From: Dipteris shenzhenensis
Lineage: Eukaryota
Assembly: GCA_047967505.1 (NCBI GenBank)
Contig: CM106538.1
DNA: 64,000 nucleotides
Strand: one strand, 5' to 3'
Positions 51,339 to 64,000 of this stretch are shown here, piece after piece. Within the stretch, counting starts at the first letter, position 1; every line of letters begins with the position of its first letter. The notes beneath the pieces were generated by a model, which did not search any database, had not been told where the DNA came from, and worked only from the letters and a program-made list of their open reading frames with translations. The position numbers were made by a program, and so were the translations under genes.

Positions 51339-54300
51339 TTAGGAGACAGTACGGGGCAGGGGGGTGGGGCCAGGAAAGATAGCAAGGGGGATTTTAGCAG
51401 AGTGGCCTTGGTCTCCATGGAAGACAATCTCTCCAAAGCAATAATGATGGTGGCGAGGTTGGCGACCAAGTCCAGGTAGGGTTGCATTGGAACTATGGAT
51501 ATGTTGGTATTGTTGTGGTTGTTGCTGCTGTTGATGTTGCTGATGGTGATGATGAACAGAGATGGTGAGGGTGAGGTTGATTGAGGCTCCCGACGATAAT
51601 GTGAAGGAGGGCGGTGAGATAGTCACTACCAGCGGGGTTCGATTCTTGTAAAGACTAACTACCGTTGTATACTTCTCGGACATCGTAGCCACATTGGTGA
51701 TCGTCCGTCTTACTTGCAGTGGACTATGAGGCAGAGCTACCACCGTGATGGATGGTAGATTCAAGTCTGTTGGTTTACTAGTGCCCGACTGGGAGTACGT
51801 TAGCCTTTCGCAGCTAACTCCAGTGACATTATGCACCTCCTCCCCAGACCTTACTCCGCATGCAAAAGTTATGTAATCCATGAACCCTGCAGAATCCCAC
51901 TACTGTTAGAAAGATAACCCACTCCTTTCACCATTTTTTAAATTTTGATCAATCCTCCAAGTCACACACTTCCAACGTTTCCCCGAGTTTTCTGCATAGC
52001 TTGCAATGGTTAGATCCCCGTTAGATCTAGATCACGACTCTAACTTCTAGCGTGTCAATATGGTGGTTTGCATTCGTAGCTTTCCGTAGGTAACGAGGCT
52101 CCTAGAACTGAGTTTCACTGTACCTGCATCAAAGATCAGACCGGGATCCATGGCCTCCTTTGCATTCACGAATCCGGACCCGAAATCGAAGGGAGTTGCA
52201 CGTTTCAAGCTCTCGTCGTTACGGATCATCCATCCCCTATTGTCCTTTGTGGTTGCAGTAGTTGACAGTGCGGAGGCAATGGCTGCAGGGCTCCACGTTG
52301 GGTGCCTTTGCTTGATCAGTGCTGCTACTCCAGCTATGTGGGGTGCAGCCATACTCGTACCAGATAGAGAAGCGAATCTGGCACCTGTGTGCAATGTGCA
52401 TAATTCGTTACAATGCATAATCATCAGCAATTTATTCCATTATTAGTTACAATGCATAATCATTTGCCATGATCATATTGTTGTTGGCGACATGAATAGA
52501 AAGAGCGGTTGAATAATTTGTTGGAACGCTCGCTTTGCATTCAAGTCATGAGTTTACCGAAGAATTCGTCGTGGTATTCGTCCTGCATTTCTGCACCTAG
52601 GCTATACGCAGCCCAGACGGAGAGACCTGGAGCTAAGATATTGGGTTTCAGCAAATCGATCGGCTCCTCCGTTGAAATGTTGGCAAAGCTTGGACCTCTT
52701 GATGAAAAGCCTGTTACGAGGGGCGCCCTCGTTGCAAATTCGCCCTTTATGTTGCCTAAAATTCTCCCGATCGGATGTTTGACTGAGTTGTAGTACTCAG
52801 AAATGGCCTGCCAGAGATACATTTCAAGGCATTGATAAGTTATGTTGATGATTGAAATCGATTTGAATAGCATTCCTTAGATAGAATTCATGGATTTGAA
52901 TATGCAGCTTTTATTGACACAAATCCATGAATTCTCACCTGTGAATCATCGCTGTCATAAACAACAACGGCTGGCGTTTCTACGATGAAGGTAAGCATGT
53001 TGCCTCGACTTGAATTGCTGATATCTAGAACAAATCCCACTGCACCAAGGTTGTTCACAGTTTTCTCTACAGATAGTAGCAGCGACGTATTCATCTGGTC
53101 GACGGACTGAGGGAAGACGCACAGGAGGATGCTTCCTTGGGTCAACGTTTTGTCGTAAAACTCAGAATGCTGGCATGGGAAGCTTTGATTTGTGAAATTT
53201 GTTTTCAAAGCGTTCTTCGCTGCGATCAAAGGGTACATAATTCCTTCTGAAGTACCCGCTACACAAGGCATGGAAGACATGGGCTAGATGAGATGGAGAA
53301 TCGCAACGTTAGCAGTCTTAGAACCGAGGATCTCACAGAGATGAGGTAGGAAAGAAGATCCAGACTCCACAAGCCATGGATCAAATTGCAGTGTACAGAA
53401 GCTTAGCAATCCGGGAATCCTCGATGACGAAAGCACAATTAGTAATCAAAAGACCAGTAATTGATGGGTGAATGATAAGATCTTACATGATAAAGCTACT
53501 CCATTCACAGTCAGATTGTTCCCAAGCGCAATGCCCTTCGGATACGTCCTATCAGTAGAGCACGCAGCTACCGTCATTACCCAAGGGGAATTAGATTGCA
53601 TGCTACTCGGCCTAGAGCCACTATTGCCAGCTGAATTTGCTGTGAACACTCCGGCTTTGGAAGCAAAGAGCATAGCTATGTCAAACGCGCTCAGGAATGT
53701 TGCTATGTTTTCGTCATCCAAGTCGAAGTTCAATGAGATGCTCAAGATGTTCACTCCGTCTCGAACCGCCTGCATCGAGAAGCGACGATCCATGGAAAGT
53801 CTTTTTTCAGCTTTAAAAATTGTGCAAATGTTGAGAAACTACACCTGATCGATTGCTGCAACCACATCCGCTTCGTCTGCAACTGAATAAAGACATCGAT
53901 AAACCGCCAGTCTGGAAAAATGCACACATGCTTAGATATCATCACGCGCACAAGCTACAACAATGTGGATAACACCAGCATCGAATGTTGAGGTGTGCTG
54001 CTCTCGATAACTAGGGCGCCAAATTCTTACCGTGCTCTGGGAGCCATACCACTGGCATTACCAAAATTCACTCCATTGATAACAACTTGAATGCCTGAAT
54101 TTCCAGCAGCAGTGGAAGCTGTATGCCTATCAAACCAGCAACCTAAGTCAACGAGCTAGTTATGCCAACAGGAACTTCGAGAAGGACAAAGAGGTTGCAC
54201 AAAATAACAGGCATGCAAGAAACGTAATCGATCAACACTAGATCTATCCACAACAACCTTTTTTAGGTGAAGGGTTAGGATGATGTAGATGTATGTGATG

Positions 54301-55675
54301 GGATACAGAGAGGAGCATATTTACGTTCCGTGCCCGTCTTGATCGAAAGGCGATGCGTAATCAACAGAAGCGTTGAAATTTCCTGAAGCAATGACAGCTT
54401 TGTTGAAGAAGCGAGCTGCAACGAGCTTGCCATTGCAAGATCCGGAAGGGAACATGGGTCCAACGTCGCAACCGCCCTGGAAGTTTGGGAGGGTAAGATA
54501 AGGCTTGGATGGATCGTCCAGAAAGCTTGGATGGGTAGGGTCGATGCCTGTATCCACTAATCCGATCACCACTCCCTCTCCTGCATCTTTAATTCCTCCC
54601 ACATCACGCCACGCACCCCCAGGCAAGCCCAAGAACTCCGGAGTATGTGTAGTTTGACGCTTCGCCTGACGGCTACGTTGGATGTGCCTCACCCCCGTTG
54701 CTGATGTTAGTAATTCTATCTGCGGCATCACGACACAATAATTTCTTTCACAATCAATCAGATCATCGATTTGATTTAAAGTTATCAACTTCTTAACATA
54801 CGTTGATTATGTGTGATAAATAACACAACACTTTTTGCACGTGAATTCCGTCACCCTTGTTTAGTTTTCAAAATGAAGCTCATAACAAATTCCTGAGTAG
54901 AAATATGCTTATATTCATATGAACATGACTTCCTATGATTGCTACCACGCAATCCCTCGCATAATTTCAATTTTACCTACATGGAATCTCACAGCATTTG
55001 CATGTAGTTTAATTATCAGGACACTTCTTGTTGAGCTCAAAACATATCCTCGGTTCTGAGTCTCGAAGCATGATTATCGGGAACAAGGCTATCTGCCGAT
55101 TGATTCCTTATTTAATCTATCCGAACACAACTTGTTCCATCCAATACCAGCATTAGTTCCAAATATTAATTCTCACTTCATTCACGCTTTCGATGTAATA
55201 TAAGAAGGCCTATGTTATTGCGACTACCTTCTCATGGCTGAGCTGAACAGCAAATCCATTCAGAATATGGGTGTAGGAGTAGAGCTTTAGGTAGCCTCCC
55301 GGCTCCAAAGTCTGTTCCAGCAATGAATCGTGCATCTCTGTCAGGTAAGCCGTATACCGTTGAGCTTCTGGGCTGTAGAAACAATAAGCAACATCGGAAA
55401 CTGAGAGTTCAGCTGTTGACACCCTCCTGTTTATCGCAGAGATAAAGCATAACTTTGAAATTAGACACAGACCCTTGATATCAAGGAATAACGTGACTGG
55501 CTTACCTTAAGGCATGCACGTTGGTGCTCTCTGCAGCACCACTATATCCCAAGAATTTGGTCACGACGGGATCTTCTTCCATAAAAACGATGTAGATATC
55601 TGACCCAGATGCGGCGAGAGCCAGAAGCATCAGCTGCAAGAGTGTGAGCACAGCTGAGAGACGACCACGCATCAT
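51339..55675 (-). CDS. Subtilisin-like serine protease (S8A, SBT2-like), complete 10-exon gene (~844 aa)
   Basis: Exons 55506-55675, 55228-55372, 54325-54719, 54031-54126, 53845-53911, 53487-53769, 52939-53258, 52558-52807, 52124-52384, 51339-51886; GT-AG introns, phases consistent, 2535 nt. Signal peptide, I9 prodomain (LYSYTHILNGFAV), TTHTPEFLGL, catalytic D (VDTG), H (GHGTHTAS), N (AGNSG), S (GTSMAAPH), PA domain and C-terminal Fn3-like region (LNLPSI). Confidence 0.95.
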
Positions 55676-57649
55676 GATGATTGGAAACCTGGTAGGATCT
55701 ATGAAATGGCTGCGTACTCTTTGGCTGAAATCAACTTATAGTGTTAATTCTGCGATATGAGCTTGAATCTTGTCGTGCGACACGCAATTGGAGGACCTGG
55801 GACTGGATTAGCAGCATGTTATGGCTTTGATCGGTGCATGATCTGCGCCTGCTATTAATGTTAGAATAAGTTTAGTGCAGAACTATACAATGCGACAGAA
55901 TGGGCGATAATCTAAAGACGCACAAGAGTCCAATAATTTTGGACAATCCGCTGGTAGATATGCTACAGGAGCTAAATTACATGCAATAGCATCTACTGAC
56001 ATGTAATTGCAGATGTATATGAGTTCTACATGGCACCTCGGGACTTACGGGCATGCCCAAGTTTGGTGCGCGGACAAAAATGCTCATGATGCAGATTCAT
56101 TCATTAACTGCGCGGTGGCCTGGGGATGCATAAAGTGCTTTATGTAACCGTCGTTGGCATGTCTCTCATTGGAGGATCTCTATTTTTGCCTAACCTAAAA
56201 GGCCCCAAAATGAGCTTCATCTTTTCCTAATGGGGACTAGGGTCGGCATAGGCCGGCCGAAAAAGCACACGGCCGTTAGCACAAGCGCATGTAACATCTT
56301 TTCCTTCTATGACATGTTGCTTTATGCACATGTGTAAACGAGATATTGCAACAACAATGGAGCTTATTTAGTTGTAAAGTCTTTCTCTATGGATACTGAG
56401 GTTTGAGGTTTAAATCCTAGCGAAAGTTTGTATCCATTGTGGATATTTTGGATAGGGACATTGCACTTTGAGGACATGTGCATTGTGGAAATTCTTTGTC
56501 CTTATTTTTTTCTTGAGGACTATTTTCGGTAGCTTGGGGAAAAACCTGGCATGATAGAGGGCCCCATATGTACTAAAGACAAACATAAGCTCACTAGATT
56601 TATCTTCATGTCCCACAGTGGCATGGTTCTTATACTTTCGAGGCAATGGAGAATTGAAGGTGATGCCATAATTATTAGACCATTATTATGACATGTGTTG
56701 GAAACATCTCCTTCCATTCTTTGGTGGCACCTTGTTGGTAGCTTGTAAGGTGCAACCAAGAGCATTGGTTATCAAATTTTAATTCGGCAAGACGAATAAG
56801 GTTAATTGGTCTCTTACGAAGCTTCTTTAGTAATGAACACTATTGAGGGGGTTGAGGGTAGTTCAATACATTGGGTCATTGTTTGCTTGGGTGTAGCTAT
56901 TTTTGGTGAAGTTTAGGGACTTTTCTGTATATAGGTATCTTGCATGATCCATAACTTATGCATTGCTCAACAAAATTTAGCAAACTTTGTCTTCAAGTTG
57001 TAGTACATATTCCAAACTTGAACATGAGAGCAAAAAATTATGGAATAAGGATTTGGAACGAGACATGTTTTTGAAGCATGCATCTTGAAGACTATAGGAT
57101 ATAGCAATTTATTCAAAAACATCAAAATTTTAGGGCACAAGAAACAGAAGAACCCTTGCAGAGCAGTAGCAGGAAGCAATTGTTGTAGATGTACGCATTT
57201 GATCATTGCTATCAGAGCGAAGAAAACAAGCTGTGATGTCACGATTGGTGGTAGCATTTTAGGAAGCAACATCCAACCATTCAGGTAATTACCATTTTTG
57301 AGTCTTCACAAGCTTTAGCCTGCACCCTAAAGTTCATAGAGTGACAACCCTACCAACACCTTGTATTTTCATGCCAAAATGTCACCACTATTGCAATCAA
57401 TGCTTCCACTCTTTGTGCATCTCTCGAGAGTTTCTCCAAATAACAAGGACATTTGTAGAAAGTAGGTGGGATGCAAGATGTTTGATGAGCACATCATACA
57501 CATGCTTGATACAATGCAGGTCAGAGGTTGCTTGCGATTGAGCTTTGGGATAGTTTACTTGTTTCATTTCTTGATACAATGTAGGTCAGTGGGGGTGGTT
57601 GCCTCAGGCTGGTGGTTGTTTGTGATTGAGCTTTGGGATAGTTTAGTAG

Positions 57650-57995
57650 GCTAGCCTGGACTTAATGTGATCGTCCTAAACTAGCCCAGCGGTTGGAATA
57701 TCATGCAACCGTGTGGCTAGTTCAGCTCAACACCAGAACCAGGCTAGCTTGGACTTAATGTGATTGTCCTAAACCAGCTCGGTGGTTGGAAAATCATGCA
57801 ATCGTGGTTGGGTTAGCTCAAACACCAATTATGTGATTGCCTAAACCAAACCGATGGTTGGAATATCATGCAACCGTCTGGCTAGTTTAGCTCAAATACC
57901 AAAACTTGGATGGCTTGGACTTAATGTGATTGTCCTAAACCAGCTCGGTGGTTGGAACATCATGCAATCGTGATTGGGTCAGCTCAAACACCAGT
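57650..57995. repeat. Four-copy ~85-90 bp tandem repeat
   Basis: Recurrent ATGTGATTG-CCTAAAC...GGTTGGAA..ATCATGCAA.CGT...AGCTCAA motif. Confidence 0.9.
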
Positions 57996-58244
57996 TAAGG
58001 CTAGAGGAGGTAGGCACTGGTCAGAGGAGGTATGCACTAGCAATGAAATGCATTTTTGTTAGTTTAGAATTACCTGCAATCCCCCCAAAATATAACTTTT
58101 AGTAAATCCTAAACAAGCACCGCAATTGTTTAAGTAAATCACAATCAATAAATCCCAAACAAGGAAAAATGTAAATCCCAAATAGTATCCTAATCCTAAA
58201 CAACCACCGAGTTTGTTTTAGTGACAAAGATTGTGCATGAGGGA

Positions 58245-58840
58245 CCATCTAATTCACAGGCTTAGATTGGCATTGAGCTGAAATTAGACTGTAATACCAA
58301 TGACTTTGCATCTAGTTCACAAGCTTAGATTAGCATTCAATCATTTTATCAGGCTGTAATAGCAATAGTTTAGAATGAGAACTAGCATTAAGCTGAGATA
58401 GACTGTAAGAACATATCACACTGTTAGAATTACCATCTAATTACACATCATGAGCAACCATCTAATCGCACGTCATGGCTAGACGATGATGTATATGACT
58501 GCCTATGCTAGACTGAGCTATCATCAAAGCTGGGTATATGTGCCACTGCTCGTCCCCCCTCATCCCATTGAATTATTATGATCTGGGCTCCGATGACCGA
58601 TAAATTCTCCCACGGCAACCATCTAATCACTTGTCATGGCTAGACGATGATGTAAATGACTGCCTAGGCTAGGCTAGGATACCAGTAAGTTGGGTGCATG
58701 TGCCACCACTCCCCCCCTCTTCCTATTGAATTATCATGATCTTGGCTCTGATGACGAATAAATTATAGCATGGCAACCATCTAATCGCACGTCATGGCCA
58801 GATGATGATGTAGATGATTGCCTACACTAAGCTGGGCTAC
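58245..58840. repeat. Tandem repeats sharing a CCATCTAAT motif, including three ~158-bp units
   Basis: GCAACCATCTAATC.C...GTCATGG..AGA.GATGATGTA at ~58454, ~58615 and ~58773; shorter CATCTA.TTCACA.GCTTAGATT units lie upstream. Confidence 0.85.
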
Positions 58841-60632
58841 CAAAAAAATCCAACGGGTGGATTGTGTGCTCTTAGCAATAGCGATAAGTGCCCAGAGTCA
58901 CATAATTGACACAAGAAACGAAGGGAAAAAGAGTGGGAGGGTGGCAAGTCTATAGCTATATAAAGGCCTTAAGAGCAAAGAAACAATTGATGCAACCCAA
59001 GAAAATTTCTCTCCTACCCCCTTCCATGCTCTCTCCAAGCCCCCTGCTACCCCTATGATGAATCTTCTGCTGCAATCTCGATGCCCCTTCATAATGCTGC
59101 CCAAGTCATGGGATCCATTGTTTACATTGGTTCTCCATCCTGTAACACTTTACCAGCCATAGCCATGACCAAGGGAGTTGCAGGATGGGGAGCCAAGGGA
59201 AACAGGTCATCGTTGTTCCATCAAGCACTGGCAGAGGACTCAACTTGGTGATGAGACTCTCATAATTGAGCACAACCTTCGATGCTAGGGAAGGAGAACT
59301 CAACCTGGTGATATGCTATAACACATTGAGAGCATGTGTTAGTGTGCTGGAGCTCACCACCAGATTGAGTTCCCTATCCAATATTGAATGTTGTGCTAGA
59401 TTGAGCTCACCGCCAAGTTGAGTTCCCTCTTGAGGGAAGTAGCAAGCTAAGGGTGTCCACTTTTTGTTCACTCCCCAATCCTTAGGAGGTGGAAAAACAA
59501 GCTTTTTAGAACACAAAAATGCAAATCTCACCTACTTCCCTATGGATCTAGTCTATGAAGTCTTCTGACACAACATCACACTTGCTATTATGCACACAAT
59601 CATATAGTCTGATCGAAAATTCGATGCACACACATAAAATTTCTTTGTGTCACACGGCATGGTTCCAGGGTGGTCACACGTTTGTCACGAACAGAGAGTG
59701 TCATATTAAATTCTAAATTTCTCACTCATTTTAGACGAAATGTTATTGAAACTTTGTAAGTGGTCTCTTTGCATTATGTAGAGCTTAACTTGATTTATTG
59801 GTAATCTTTTGAATTATTTATCTAATTATAAATAATTATTTATAATAAATAAAGACATAAAATACATGCATTTTAGTAGCACACCACATTTTTTTAGGTG
59901 TGTGGTTGAATCATCAAATCCCAAATCCAACAGTTAGATTTAGGAAGATTGAAGTTTAATTTTTACTTTTACTCCTCAGAGGATCAACAAAGAATATTAA
60001 AAATAAATCTAGTAATTCTCAAACATGACCAAACATTTCAAAAATGTCAATATTTTTAGTCCTCCTCATGATGAATAAGAGGAAAAAATTTTGGTTAAAT
60101 TTGAGTAAGGGAAACGTACGATATGGCCTCCAAGAGTGAAATCTCCCTTTTGTGGGGGAAAAAGGGCCACCCAAGCCTAATACCAAGACAAGGTAGGCTA
60201 GGAGCATCACCGACCCTAGTGGCAAGCCTTTGGAGTGTGCATGCTACCCATGCGGAAGGCTGAGTCATCTATTTTTGCCTTGCAACCATGCCACGTTGTT
60301 AGACCATGTGGTGCCATGTCATCAAGGAGATGTGACATCACTCCTTGCCATGTCACCTTACATTGCCACACGTGCTGCCACATGTGCCACCTCATCCTTC
60401 CACATCATGAGCCATGTCATCACACCTTGCCACCTTGGCATACCTCGTCAACCTTGCCACATCACCAATCCCTCCACCTCAATTTGCCATGTCAATCTAC
60501 CACCTCATGAATGCCAACTCATAATGCCACATCACCTTTCCACATCATGGAAGAGACTATCTCACCACATCATGACCATGCATGGTGCCACATCAGCCAC
60601 ATGTATACACATCACGATGTGCGAGGCATAGA

Positions 60633-60810
60633 ATACCTCAATCGAGGTATATGACCTGCATGAGGCATAGAATACCTCGATCGAGGTATATGACTGTGGG
60701 GTATGTGCTATGACTGAGGGGTACCTCGATCGAGGTTTATACCTGCGTGAGGGGTCAAATACCTCGATCGAGGTATATGACCTAGGCATAGCATACCTCG
60801 ATCGAGGTAT
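60633..60810. repeat. Five copies of the palindrome ATACCTCGATCGAGGTAT
   Basis: Copies at 60633 (1 mismatch), 60672, ~60721 (2 mismatches), 60759 and 60793. Confidence 0.95.
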
Positions 60811-61044
60811 TTGTAGGTACAAAACTGCAATAAAATCAAACGATGCAAATATTCGAAATTAACATTGGATTCCAGCCAATTAGTTTCAATCTTAGCACCT
60901 TCTCCACCAATAATAATGAAGAGCAATCTAGTGGATGAGTTTAGGCTCTCTATAAGACACAACGTTTTGGTTCATTTCACCCATTCTTAGCCATTCTTGC
61001 CTCCTCATCACTTTGTCACACCTTCCATCCTACTTTCATTGAGA

Positions 61045-63967
61045 ATGGGTTCTCAAAGCCGTAGAGCTAGTAGACGTAAAAGATGTAGGAACCCCCCCCC
61101 CCAAATCTCATTGACGAGGAGCGCAAGCGGAAGGCTCGTGAGTGCAAGAGAGCATCTAGAGCTAGAGCTCGCGCTGCCACCACCGATCCACCTCCACCTC
61201 TACCTCTACATCCCACCTCCACCCCCACCCCCACCCCCACCTCCATTGTCCCCCCATCCTCATTCGCTCCCCTACCTCTAGCCTCCGCCCTTCCCCTAGC
61301 CACCTACATTTTGGCCTCCACCTCTACCTCTTCCCCCTCCACCCTCCCCCCTCCCCCTCCCCCTCCCCCCGTTCCCCTTGGCACCTCCCTTCCCCCATCC
61401 ACCCTACCATCTCCCATTGATCCCCTTGCCCCAACTTGCAGCAGTAGTGTTGCTTCATGATGTGACTTGCCGAAGTTCACTATCCATCGTCGTACTAGCA
61501 AGATTGTGCAGTCTTTTTTTTGTGACCTCATGCCAGCTTTGCAGTCTTCTCTTCTCACGTCCCTGATTGATCACCCTGACTTGGTAGAGTGTAGGAGGCT
61601 TGCTGGCCTTGGTGCACATAGAGATAGGGTTGTATCTAGCGAGGTCCTTAGCAGTGTTCGACGTTCCTAGGCTTCTATTAAGCATAGGAACTCCAGTGAT
61701 GCCTTGGCAACACGTCGTGCTATTGTGGCTGCCATTAGTAGACCTCATGTGATAGGCCATGTGCGTACCGCTTCACGTCTTCTTTAGATTGCACCACGCA
61801 CATTACGAGTAGGCATGATTAGGAGGCAGAGTCTAGAGGATAGTGAGACTGATGCTCTTTGGGCTTCGAGTGGTCGTGCACCTCGCAGCGATCAATTGTT
61901 GGATGATTCCACTAGGTCCTTCATACAATAGTTTTGGGAGGAGCATTGCAGAGCATCCTCGGTGTTCAAGAAGGCATTGCAGAAGAGGGTGTCATGCGGT
62001 GTGTACATTGAGCATGGTGCATGTTTTTTGGAGTGTACCCAGACTGAGTTGTACACTCAGTTTGTAGAGGCGCACTTGGAGTTTAGGATTGGGCAGAGGT
62101 CATTTGAGCGATGCAGGCCATGGTTTGTGCGATGCTCTCAGGAGCATGACACATGTTGTTGTCGCTACCATGTGGATTTTGGATTGATGTATGACGTATT
62201 CCGTTCCCTTGATGGTCATAGGGGAGTGGTTCCTACTAGCCCTTGCGACTTCATTCATTCCATATTGTGTACACGAGATGGTGATGCTTTATTCCACTCC
62301 CTTGATTGTGTGGAAGGCAGGTGTAATTTGTGTGGTGACTTTGCTAGAGTGCCACGAGTTGCACTAGATACTTGTGATGTGCAGATGGTTTGTTGGCAGC
62401 AGTATGAGTACAGTACCTTGACATTAGATGGTGGTGCACAGTCGAGGAGGTTGCAGCTTGTGGGGAAGGAGACACATGTTGCATTCATCGACAGTTTTCA
62501 AGGGAAGCTGTACCGCTACATACACCACTCGCACATTGCGAAATGGGAGGATCGTTAGTTCTATGCATGTTTGAGGACATTTCCTACAGGGGTGGTTGTC
62601 TCAGTGGTGGACTTTGCAGAGAATTACACCTTTGCACCACAGCATGAGATCCAATCGGAGTATTATTTCTCCAAACAGGTGACATGTGATTGAGTATTGA
62701 TTTTTTCCCCGCCTCATTATATTAAATTATTTCAATAGTCATATTTTTTTTCAATGCCATATTGTAGGTTGCTATATTTGTGCACATTAGCTATCGTCAT
62801 GCACAGACTCATGTGGATGGCATTGATAGCACCATGGACTCACGCGTCATTGTGCGAGAGTATCACTTCTACATTAGTGATGATCGATCGCATGATGCCC
62901 ATTTTGTGCAACATTGCTTCACTTTGCATGATAGTTTCTTGAGGGATCATGGTGTCACATGGCAGTGGCACTGGATCTGGTTAGATGGCTGTGGTGGTCA
63001 GTTCAAATCTGCTAGACAATTTTATTGGTTCTACAGATGGCACCGTGAGACAGGCATTCCGATCACATGGAGCTACTTCGAGACAAGGCACAGTAAGGGA
63101 GAGCATGATGGTGCAGGTGCTTACGTAAAGCATGCTTTGCATCGATACCAGTTGCATCACAGTGCCGATCGCTTCAAGGATGCACATGATGTGGTGCGGT
63201 GGTGTAGCCAGCACTTATCCACCAGTGCTATCTCCTCGTTTCAGTCACGTGACGATAGGGTGGTGAGTCAGTATTTTTGGTGCGTGGACATTGGGAGTCT
63301 TGATTGGTCTAGGCCTTTTGATTGTCGTTCAATGTCTGGCACTCTTGATTTCCATTCCATCAGGAGCATAGGTGAGTCTCACCCCGCGATCTTTTCTCGA
63401 CGGTTTGCATGTTTTTGCTCTGCATGCATTGATGATGATTGGAGAGGTTGCTCCATGATACCATGGGCCGATCCATGGGTACGGCGAGTGCTTTCTCCTT
63501 TCCAGCCTTGGGAGGAGGTACATGATGATCAGGATGCGGGATTCAGTTCCTCTAGATATTATGACTAGCTTACAGATATTTTGTGTATTGGTGATATCTT
63601 CGCGGTTATTGCTTCGGAGGGCAATGAGGAGGGTGTGGATTATTACTTGTTGTGATGCTCTATGCTGAAGAGTGTGCTAAATGAGGATACAGTGGATGGG
63701 CATGGGATGCACTTCAATGCTCATAGCATGATCATAGGTGGCCACTATTTTCAGCAGATACAGAGGCGTGGTCGCTATATTGAGTTCCAGGAGTACATGG
63801 TGGATCAGGAGGCATACATGTATTCTCATCTTGTTGTTGCGATCAAGATTACTTTGAGTCGTGTTCGCACTCGCAAGGTGACATCCACTCCACGATGGCA
63901 CCTTGCAGTGGCGGATCACGAGAGCATACTTGCAACTATTGGCATGAGAGTTGATCTTGAGGAGTAG
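61045..63967 (+). mobile_element. Sola2-like DDD transposase pseudogene with one intron
   Basis: One reading frame from 61467 through intron 62679-62767 (GT-AG, phase 0) to the stop at 63967; Cys cluster (TCCCRYH..LC..C...RC..CG), VVDFAENY..QHEIQSEY, ISDDRSHD, WLDGCGGQFKS, YFETRHSKGEHDGAG; six in-frame stops. Confidence 0.72.
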
Positions 63968-64000
63968 CACATTACATATCATATTTTTTGGGATCATCAG

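Noticed and set aside
56900-57560. Possible hAT/Harbinger transposase remnant
   Set aside because: No convincing catalytic or dimerisation motif in the frames examined.
58865-59515. Possible solo LTR (TGTGCT...AACACA)
   Set aside because: The flanks give no TSD and there is no second copy in the window.
59660-60100. Left terminal inverted repeat of the Sola2-like element
   Set aside because: The right end is outside the window, so no TIR or TSD can be verified.
60633-60810. CRISPR-like appearance of the palindromic repeats (also 47563-47940)
   Set aside because: Plant nuclear context, no cas genes, and the linkers resemble each other rather than being unique spacers.

Overview
Eukaryotic land-plant genomic DNA, by inference from a large-genome non-seed vascular plant such as a fern (TE-filled introns, divergent GIGANTEA); the organism cannot be fixed from sequence alone. 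Two intact spliced genes lie on the minus strand. The first is a 14-exon GIGANTEA (CDS 690-31776, about 1185 aa) whose introns 1, 8 and 13 are inflated to 6.7-11.5 kb by nested Ty1/Copia elements, a TRIM-like element, a solo LTR, an L1 fragment and tandem duplications. The second is a compact 10-exon SBT2-type subtilase (51339-55675, about 844 aa). The GI upstream region carries two perfect Evening Elements interleaved with G-box/ABRE motifs. The intergenic DNA is mostly decayed TE sequence, with two unusual parts: (i) a 44-50 kb minus-strand cassette of a spliced BAH-like pseudogene, a hairpin array and a long unknown ORF, and (ii) an intron-containing Sola2-like DDD transposase pseudogene (61-64 kb) preceded by five 18-bp palindromes. 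All coordinates were read by hand.
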